From IMG/VR virus record IMGVR_UViG_3300027842_000121: a DNA stretch of 64,000 nt. One strand, given 5' to 3'. A program made the position numbers and the translations under genes. Source of the stretch: an uncultured virus (IMG/VR IMGVR_UViG_3300027842_000121) (taxonomy: Duplodnaviria; Heunggongvirae; Uroviricota; Caudoviricetes). The notes under the pieces are model-generated. The model searched no databases and was not told the DNA's origin. It saw only the letters and a program-made list of their open reading frames with translations. Positions 8,631 to 15,242 of the stretch are shown here, in pieces (within the stretch, counting starts at the first letter, position 1; each line of letters starts with the position of its first letter).

Positions 8631-9263
8631 ATGACGACGGTAACGATTGAGCAGATGGTGGAGCGGTGGAGCGACCCGAATGCGCGTCCGCCATTCAAGG
8701 GCGCGCTGATCGACGACGACGGCTGCTGCTGCGCGCAGGGCGACGTGCTCCGGCAGTGTGGCTGGAGCGACGAGCGGCTGCGCTCTGCCGAGCAGCGCGA
8801 GGCGGACAGATCCGTGGCGCAAGCCCTGGGCATCAGCCTAACGCAAGCGATTCTGCTGGGTGTTATCAATGATCAGCAAGATGGCTGTCCGCAGGATGTG
8901 TTGGCACATCCCGAGCGCGTGCTGGGCAACCAGGCGCCGCGTATTCTGGCTCTCTGGCGTCGCTTTGACGCGATGACGCCGCAGCAGTGGGATGCTGCTA
9001 TGGCTGCCGCCGGGGCTGCCGCCGCGGCCGCCGCCGCGGCTGCCGCTTGGGCTGCCGCTCGGGCTGCCGCCGGGGCTGCCGCTCGGGCTGCCGCCGGGAC
9101 TGCCGCCGCGGCTGCCGCTCGGACTGCCGCTCGGGCTGCCGCCGGGGCTGCCGCTTGGGCTGCCGCTAATGCCACAAACGAGGTCCAGGGCGCCGAACGC
9201 CTGCAATCATTCTTCTTCCTCCCGTTATTCGGGATCAATCACCCCAGCGAGTTCGACGGCTAA
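8631..9263 (+). CDS. Ala-rich repeat phage protein
   Basis: GGAGG at 8621, ATG at 8631; AAAW/AAAR/AAAG repeats. Confidence 0.7.
   Translation: MTTVTIEQMVERWSDPNARPPFKGALIDDDGCCCAQGDVLRQCGWSDERLRSAEQREADRSVAQALGISLTQAILLGVINDQQDGCPQDVLAHPERVLGNQAPRILALWRRFDAMTPQQWDAAMAAAGAAAAAAAAAAAWAAARAAAGAAARAAAGTAAAAAARTAARAAAGAAAWAAANATNEVQGAERLQSFFFLPLFGINHPSEFDG
9003..9167 (+). repeat. 12-nt coding tandem repeat GCTGCCGCY-NNN
   Basis: Units such as GCTGCCGCTCGG, GCTGCCGCCGGG, GCTGCCGCTTGG. Confidence 0.85.
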
Positions 9264-9278
9264 CGGGCGGAGGATGCG

Positions 9279-9548
9279 GTGATGAGCGAGCGTCAATCCT
9301 GGGTTGTTTGGGGTCGCAAGATTGGGACCGGAACCGGTTGGGATCAAGCCGACACCTTTGTAATGCAGCTATACGACTTCGAGGGTGGCGAAGGATATAC
9401 GGGGCCATGTGGGCCATGCGTTATCTTCGACTTCGAGCGCGGACGGATTGAGACGGTTGGCGGTGACGGAGAATTAACGGACTCGGTCGACCTGATAGGT
9501 GCAGTTTCAGGCGCTCCGCGTGAATCCGACTCACACAAGGAGGGGTAA
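9279..9548 (+). CDS. hypothetical protein
   Basis: GGAGG upstream; fits the operon. Confidence 0.55.
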   Translation: MMSERQSWVVWGRKIGTGTGWDQADTFVMQLYDFEGGEGYTGPCGPCVIFDFERGRIETVGGDGELTDSVDLIGAVSGAPRESDSHKEG

Positions 9549-9560
9549 GGCGTTAGCATC

Positions 9561-9830
9561 ATGCACGACCGAACCGCCTACGCCGCCGAGACCGAGCTGA
9601 TGAACGGCTGCATGCAGGTTCTGACCGGCAAGAGCCTTGGGGAGATTGCGGCGGCGGTGGGCGTCGATCGCTCGACCCTGACCGCTTGGCGCACCGGCGA
9701 CAGCCGCGCCCTGCCCGAGCGCTGGCAGCGCATCGCTGAATTGCTGATGCTGGTGCAGGGCGAGGCTGACGTGCTGCTGGATCGGATCGCCGAAATGTTT
9801 CCGCGTCTGGATATAGATGACCCCCGCTGA
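9561..9830 (+). CDS. helix-turn-helix transcriptional regulator
   Basis: SLGEIAAAVGVDRSTLTAWRTG. Confidence 0.8.
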   Translation: MHDRTAYAAETELMNGCMQVLTGKSLGEIAAAVGVDRSTLTAWRTGDSRALPERWQRIAELLMLVQGEADVLLDRIAEMFPRLDIDDPR

Positions 9831-10020
9831 CCTGCACTTTTTGCTGGACCGGCTGGGCTGGTCGAAGACCACGCTTGCCGCCCGTCTCGGCGTCAGCCGC
9901 AGCCAGCTTTACAACTGGCTCGACGGCCGGGACCGCCAGCGCGGGCTGCCGATCGAGCAGCTGCCGGCGGGTGCGGTCGAGAGGATCGAACGACTGACCA
10001 AAGAGGAGTTCGGGGAATGA
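9817..10020 (+). CDS. XRE/Cro-like helix-turn-helix protein
   Basis: LGWSKTTLAARLGVSRSQLYNWLDG. Confidence 0.8.
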   Translation: MTPADLHFLLDRLGWSKTTLAARLGVSRSQLYNWLDGRDRQRGLPIEQLPAGAVERIERLTKEEFGE

Positions 10021-10190
10021 CCATCAAAGAGCTTCGCGTTTGGCTATCCGAAGAAATCGAGCAGGCGGCAGAGAATGCCGCTCGAAGCGCAAGGGTGGCC
10101 CTGAACTCATATGGTTCCGGCTACGACACAGGTTGGCGAGATGCCCTTGAACGTGTGGTGCTTAGAATTGACGACGAGCTGGACACTTAG
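10017..10190 (+). CDS. hypothetical 57-aa protein (below the ORF-track cutoff)
   Basis: ATGA overlap with the previous gene; reads MTIKELRVWL...IDDELDT-stop. Confidence 0.55.
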   Translation: MTIKELRVWLSEEIEQAAENAARSARVALNSYGSGYDTGWRDALERVVLRIDDELDT

Positions 10191-10348
10191 CTTCAGGAGC
10201 TCCGCGGTGGGCTCCGGGAGGGCGCGGCGCCTTCGGGAGCTGCGTTAGTGGCGTTTCCTCCAAACTTGGGCCTGGTCGCGGCGTAGCGACCCTCGGCCGG
10301 GCTCATTTTGGGGATGCGAAAACCTTGGGATGATGGGGATAACGGAAA

Positions 10349-11041
10349 ATGTCTGATACAGGTGTAATCGAAAGGGCAGTAAGGACCAAGGGCGGCCGCA
10401 AACCGCCCCCGGAAATCGCGGCCGAACCGCCCCAGCGCGAGGTTGTAATTGCCCCGCCGAAGTTCGAGCGGGCGGTGATCACGATCCAAGGCGATGCGCC
10501 CTATTGCCAGCACAAGTTTTCTGCCAAAGCGCGGCAGATGATCATCGAGACCCAGATGGCGGGCTCGGTCAGCCGCAAGGGCAAGAAGCGTGAGCCGCGG
10601 GATTTCGACGCGGATTACCGTGGCGCGATGCACGTCTCGCGCGAGGGCTGGGTGGGTATTCCCTGCGCGTCGTTTCGCAATGCGATGATCAGCGCCTGCC
10701 GGCTCGCAGGCTTTGTGATGACGCGGGCAAAGCTGAGCCTGTTTGTCGAGCCTGACGGGTTTGACGCAGATGACGGCACGCCGCTGACCAGGATCATCGG
10801 GGAACCTGTGCAGAACATCAGCTATGTGCGAAATGAAACCGGCGTTGTCGATATTCGCTGCCGGCCATTGTGGGAACAGTGGTCTGCCGAGGTCTCGTTG
10901 AAATGGGACGCGGACCAATTCAGCGCAGCCGATGTTGTCAATCTGTTGTCGCGAGCCGGCGTGCAGGTGGGGATTGGCGAGGGGCGCCCCGACTCGCCGC
11001 GAGCCAACGGCGTTGGCTGGGGGACATTTGTGCTGTTGTAA
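10349..11041 (+). CDS. stand-alone RAMP/Cas7-like protein
   Basis: First strand ITIQGDAP, IPCASFRNAM (compare RAMP IPgSslKGal), terminal Gly-rich loop GVQVGIGEGRP...GWGTF; array starts 3 nt after the stop. Confidence 0.7.
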   Translation: MSDTGVIERAVRTKGGRKPPPEIAAEPPQREVVIAPPKFERAVITIQGDAPYCQHKFSAKARQMIIETQMAGSVSRKGKKREPRDFDADYRGAMHVSREGWVGIPCASFRNAMISACRLAGFVMTRAKLSLFVEPDGFDADDGTPLTRIIGEPVQNISYVRNETGVVDIRCRPLWEQWSAEVSLKWDADQFSAADVVNLLSRAGVQVGIGEGRPDSPRANGVGWGTFVLL

Positions 11042-11043
11042 AG

Positions 11044-11431
11044 GGCTGGATGGACGAGACGGGGCAGGGCCAGAAGGGGCATGACAGGCTTGACGGGGCT
11101 AGATGCGGCCGGACGTGTCTCGACACGATGAGGCAAGGCAGGCCCGGCCTGGCCTGACTAGACGAGACAGGGTAAGGCATGGCAGGCAGGGCCTGTCGTG
11201 GCGAGATGTGACGGGGCCATGCAGGGCAGGCGCGTCGGGCCTTGGCTTGGCGCGACGAGACGGGGATAGGCAGGCCCGACGAGGCGTGGCGGGGCGTCAT
11301 GAGGCTGGACAGGACGGGGCAGGCATGACCAGACGAGGCCTGGCCGGACATGACAGGACACGACGAGACGTGCCCTGGCAGGACCGACATGACAAGGACG
11401 CGACGAGACGCGGTTCGACGGGACCAGACCA
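11044..11431 (+). repeat. pentamer array 1: G(G/A)C-NN units punctuated by GGCA; probable guide-RNA precursor
   Basis: 4-nt punctuation at 11083, 11137, 11181, 11225, 11269, 11318, 11377 gives spacings 54, 44, 44, 44, 49, 59, all 4+5n. Confidence 0.9.
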
Positions 11432-11449
11432 GAAATCAGGAGGAAGGGA

Positions 11450-11899
11450 ATGACGATCGCAAGCGAGTTGCTGGATCTTGAGGATGAGGACGGATTGATT
11501 GATCCGACCACTGTAGTCGATTGGGCGCGAGATAATCCCGCAAGTGCCTTGCACGGCGCAATTGAATGGGATGACGCCATAGCGGCGCACGCGCATAGGT
11601 TGTGGCAAGTGAGGAGGCTGGTTGCGATCCATATCGTGACCGATGACGGTCAGCGGCAGCGCATCTCGCTCCTGCGCGACCGCAAGAGCGGCGGCGGCTA
11701 TCGCGACGTATCCTCGGTGATGCGCAATGACGAGCTGCGCGCCGAGGCGTTGGCGGAAGCGCTTGCCGAATTGGAGCGCTGGCAGGCTCGCTATCAGCAT
11801 CTGCGCGAGTTGGCCGATGTGTTCGAGAGCACGGCTCGGGTGCGCGCTCACGTGCCGCGCCGTGCTCGCGCGCGCGAGTCTGTACAGCCGGCGGCGTAA
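11450..11899 (+). CDS. accessory protein of unknown function between the two arrays
   Basis: AGGAGG at 11438-11443; 149 aa with VVDWARD..SALH..EWDD. Confidence 0.8.
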   Translation: MTIASELLDLEDEDGLIDPTTVVDWARDNPASALHGAIEWDDAIAAHAHRLWQVRRLVAIHIVTDDGQRQRISLLRDRKSGGGYRDVSSVMRNDELRAEALAEALAELERWQARYQHLRELADVFESTARVRAHVPRRARARESVQPAA

Positions 11900-11902
11900 A
11901 AT

Positions 11903-12009
11903 GACAGGCACGATGTGCCCGGACGAGTCTTGGCGAGGCCGGGCGCGGCGAGGCAGGTGGGACATGGCATGCCCAGATCAGACACGACCAGACACGGCAG
12001 GCCCGGATT
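11903..12009 (+). repeat. pentamer array 2, same grammar
   Basis: Punctuation at 11903 (GACA), 11952 and 11996 (GGCA); spacings 49 and 44. Confidence 0.85.
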
Positions 12010-12157
12010 TCCAGGGGATAGGGGCGCTGTGCGGCCGAGGAAGGTGGCAACCGCCATCCGCCCTTCCTCGGCAGATCGCGTGCGGTGCACGGCGGCAGGC
12101 TCGCGGCGTCCCCAAACGCGGGCTTGCCGCCACCCTATAAATAATGAGGAGATTGAC

Positions 12158-12514
12158 GTGATTTACTGGCCCGACGAACTGCCAGACTCGACCTTCACCG
12201 TCGACCCGCTTCCGATCTCTACAAACATGCTTTACCGCAGCGGCCCGCGCTTCAAAACGCAGGACTACAAGATCTGGATCGAGCGGGCGGGCTGGGAGAT
12301 CAGGGCGCAGCGGCCAGAGAAGTTACAGAGGGCGGCGCTCGCGGCGAGGATGGATCTGCCGTTCTCTCGCAAACGCGATATCGACAACATCAAGCCGATC
12401 CTTGACCTGACCAAATCGCTCGGGATCATACCTGACGACCGCTGGGTTGACCTGTTGCTGCTGCGCCGGGTGCCGGTGAGCGAGGCGCTGCGCGTCTCGA
12501 TCTGGAGACTGTGA
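12158..12514 (+). CDS. RusA-like Holliday junction resolvase
   Basis: PISTNMLY, RDIDNIKPILD, GIIPDDRWV; GAGGAG before GTG at 12158. Confidence 0.8.
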   Translation: MIYWPDELPDSTFTVDPLPISTNMLYRSGPRFKTQDYKIWIERAGWEIRAQRPEKLQRAALAARMDLPFSRKRDIDNIKPILDLTKSLGIIPDDRWVDLLLLRRVPVSEALRVSIWRL

Positions 12515-12744
12515 CGATGAGCCTTTGCACGACATGCTGGGGCAAGGGCGGCCGGTGGGTCAACGCCGTCCCGCCACCTTATGACTTCTCCTATCAATGG
12601 CAGCCATGCCCCAATTGCCACGCCGGCCGCCAGCACTGCTGCGATGGCGAGCAGGCGCAACTGGAGGAAGACTCATGTTCACCGACGACGACCTCGAACG
12701 CATCTACCTGCAGCTCACCCGAAGCGCGCGAAAAGACCTGCTAG
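12511..12744 (+). CDS. small Cys-rich (zinc-finger-like) protein
   Basis: CTTCWGKG ... CPNCHAG ... HCCDG. Confidence 0.5.
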   Translation: MTMSLCTTCWGKGGRWVNAVPPPYDFSYQWQPCPNCHAGRQHCCDGEQAQLEEDSCSPTTTSNASTCSSPEAREKTC

Positions 12745-12848
12745 GATCGGCCGTTATTATTGCCGTGGCACTGGGGATGATATGGCTGGCGTCGCTGGAT
12801 CTGGCGGCGAGCATCGCGACACTGATCCCGAACGGGTAGAGGAAAGAA

Positions 12849-13850
12849 ATGATTGTCACTCGACGCTCACTCTTTCACGTGGTCGCCGCCGGCGCCCTGG
12901 CTTCAAAAATCCCAAGGGCAAAAGCGGCGACAGTAGCTACCCCCTGGGCCGTTGCCTTTGACGGCAAAACCTACATACAAAACCAAGGCACGCTTCCCGG
13001 CCTTCCGTCCTCCAGTCGTTACCTGTTCCTGGCATTCAACTACAAAAGCACAGCACAATACAACTACTATTCAATTATTAGCTGTCCAGGATCAGTCAGC
13101 TCTGGCAGTTGGCAAAACCAATTCTTCTGCATACTACAGCAGTACGGATCGAACGAGCAGATCAGTTTCGGTCTCGGCCCCAACCTCAATGGCGACGGCC
13201 TCGGGATCATCGGCCAGGTCAAGCCAACGTTGACGCCAAAGCGGTGGCACACCGTCCTGATGGCTTACGACACCCAGGGTGCCGTCAACTTCTCGACCGG
13301 CGCCCAAACCGTCGCCAAGGCGTATGTCGATGGCATTTTGTGCCCGGTCCAGATAACCGGCTGCGGCGGCAAGGGCGGGTCGTGCGACGCCCTCGCTCCG
13401 GCGCTGGGCGGTCTGCCAATCTATGTCGGCGGCACTCCGCTCGGCCATCTCGGCAGCACAAACGGCGTGCCGGTCGGTGTGAATTTTGTCGGCGAGCTGG
13501 CCGATGTCTATTTCCTTCAGGGGATCAATCTCTACAACAATCCCGGCATCGACATCGACAGCCCAGCGTTCCGCGCCGCATTTTACAATTCCGGCGACGA
13601 AACCACAGCGCGACAGGCGGCAAACGGCGGCTCACCGGCCCTCGCCATGCCGCTGAGCGCACCCTACTTCAGCCCGCAGATCTTTTTGACCGGGCCGCCC
13701 AAGGCATTCATCCAGAACTTTGCCGCTGCCGGCGGCACCTGGGGGTGGCCCGACAATTACAATCCACCCTCCTCGTCCGGCGCATTCACAGTCGTCGGAA
13801 ACCTTGCCGTCGCGAGTGACGATCCGTTCACTCCCGGCTCGTTCGAATAA
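12849..13850 (+). CDS. Tat-signal exported LamG/ConA-like protein
   Basis: TRRSLF twin-arginine leader; AVAFDG, WHTVLMAYD, AYVDG, FVGELADVYF. Confidence 0.65.
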   Translation: MIVTRRSLFHVVAAGALASKIPRAKAATVATPWAVAFDGKTYIQNQGTLPGLPSSSRYLFLAFNYKSTAQYNYYSIISCPGSVSSGSWQNQFFCILQQYGSNEQISFGLGPNLNGDGLGIIGQVKPTLTPKRWHTVLMAYDTQGAVNFSTGAQTVAKAYVDGILCPVQITGCGGKGGSCDALAPALGGLPIYVGGTPLGHLGSTNGVPVGVNFVGELADVYFLQGINLYNNPGIDIDSPAFRAAFYNSGDETTARQAANGGSPALAMPLSAPYFSPQIFLTGPPKAFIQNFAAAGGTWGWPDNYNPPSSSGAFTVVGNLAVASDDPFTPGSFE

Positions 13851-13860
13851 GGGGATGACC

Positions 13861-14262
13861 ATGAAGAAGCTCGCTGCCTCCCTGGCGCTCACGCTCGCCG
13901 CAACGACAGCCCAAGCATCCTGGTATGGTGGTTCAGCATACGGAGTCTTATCTTCTGGACCCACGCCGGCGACGCCAACGGCATCCCCGCCAGGAGTGGC
14001 GTGTTTTGCCGTGCAGATATGCACGGATCTTCCATACACGCCAGGTGCGTGCAATACACGGTCAACCTATGCCTATCCAATGCCGGGACAAGGCGTCATC
14101 GATAATCTCTATAATTTGATCACCACCAAGGTCAATACTGCTGAAATAAGTGCACAACCATTGCATTTCACCGTAGGCGCTGGTTTCTATTGCGGCGGCG
14201 ATAATAATACCAGTGTGGCAGTCTGGACGATCAAGGGTATCCAATCCGGGAATCCGCAATGA
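13861..14262 (+). CDS. small secreted protein
   Basis: MKKLAASLALTLAATTAQA signal peptide; 4 Cys. Confidence 0.65.
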   Translation: MKKLAASLALTLAATTAQASWYGGSAYGVLSSGPTPATPTASPPGVACFAVQICTDLPYTPGACNTRSTYAYPMPGQGVIDNLYNLITTKVNTAEISAQPLHFTVGAGFYCGGDNNTSVAVWTIKGIQSGNPQ

Positions 14263-15242
14263 AGACGGCTGCGGCACTTGCACTGCTGGCAACGACGGCC
14301 CTGACGGCCGCCGCTCACGCGCAGGGTGCCGTGCACTTCGACGGCAACAGTTATCTGTTCAAAAACGGCGGATTGAACGGCCCGCCCACCTCTTACGGAG
14401 GCTCGTTCTCGGCGTTCCTCGACACCCCGTCCGAGCAATCGTTTACGATCATCAATATGGCACCCGGAAGCACGACAAACGCGCCGGGAGTGCAGATCTC
14501 ATTCCAGCAGCTCTATGGCACGCCGGGGCTGCACCTCGATCTGGTGTTGAGCTCTGCCGGTGGAACGGGCCTCGTGCAGCGGGAGGAGATGGTCTCGGAG
14601 GAGGTGATCCCGTTCGCCGGCCTCTACCCAGACTATCCGGTCCACATCTCGCTGGCGTGGAATACCGCCGTGGCTCCGCCGCAGGCGGAGTGGTCGCTGA
14701 ACGGCGTGCAGGGACATTGGGACACCCAATTCACGCGGTATATGTTGTCCAAGCTGACCATCACGCCGACGCCATTTGCGATAAATTACGACGATGCCTC
14801 GACGGGCTCGCCGGCTCGGTGGTTTGTCGGGGCAGGACCGGCTCAGACGATGGCTCGCCCGCTGATCTACATCGGCCCGCTGGGCGGCCCTGCGGCATTC
14901 CTCGGTGCTACGGCCTACAAATACGCCGGCGACATGGCGGAGCTGTTCCTGCACGTCGGCGACGGCGACCTTGCTGATTTGACCAATTCCGAGCGGCTTG
15001 GTATCGGCGAGGAGAATTTCGCGATGCGTGACGTGACCGGGATCGCTCTGCCGATCCCGATGGGGCCAGGGTGCGCCCAGATATTTGGCGCACACGGCAA
15101 GCTGCCGGTCATTTGCATGCGTGGCGACGCCGCACACTTTCCGCTCAACTCCGCCCTCAGCACGCCGTTTCTCGTGGAAGGCACCCTTACCACAGCACCT
15201 CCATCGTCCGACCCGTTCAACCTGTGGCGGCTGATCCCATGA
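14259..15242 (+). CDS. Sec-signal exported LamG/ConA-like protein, probable paralog of 12849-13850
   Basis: Signal ending AHA; AVHFDG, HISLAWN, YAGDMAELFL, terminal SDPF. Confidence 0.65.
   Translation: MKTAAALALLATTALTAAAHAQGAVHFDGNSYLFKNGGLNGPPTSYGGSFSAFLDTPSEQSFTIINMAPGSTTNAPGVQISFQQLYGTPGLHLDLVLSSAGGTGLVQREEMVSEEVIPFAGLYPDYPVHISLAWNTAVAPPQAEWSLNGVQGHWDTQFTRYMLSKLTITPTPFAINYDDASTGSPARWFVGAGPAQTMARPLIYIGPLGGPAAFLGATAYKYAGDMAELFLHVGDGDLADLTNSERLGIGEENFAMRDVTGIALPIPMGPGCAQIFGAHGKLPVICMRGDAAHFPLNSALSTPFLVEGTLTTAPPSSDPFNLWRLIP

Noticed and set aside
11185..11224. Block AG CT GT GA GT GG CA AG as a guide against the resident DUF262 VVDGQQR
   Set aside because: Dinucleotides do not align with the resident codons (GA GT GT GA GG CA CA CG)
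11322..11376. Block AT CA GA CT CG AT AG AC GA GT CT read as integrase HDLR or recombinase LRISTD
   Set aside because: Each motif fits only part of the block; ambiguous without a search
10870..11580. ORFs crossing array 1 (11103-11453, 10938-11390, 11158-11580 and others)
   Set aside because: Low-complexity Arg/Gly or Ser/Pro translations produced by the 5-nt period; no RBS or domain
11044..12009. Classical CRISPR array
   Set aside because: No 25-45 bp identical direct repeats with unique spacers and no cas1/cas2; constant and variable bases interleave every 5 nt
11915..12157. N-terminal extension of the RusA-like ORF
   Set aside because: It is array 2 and hairpin sequence read in frame; a good RBS precedes GTG at 12158
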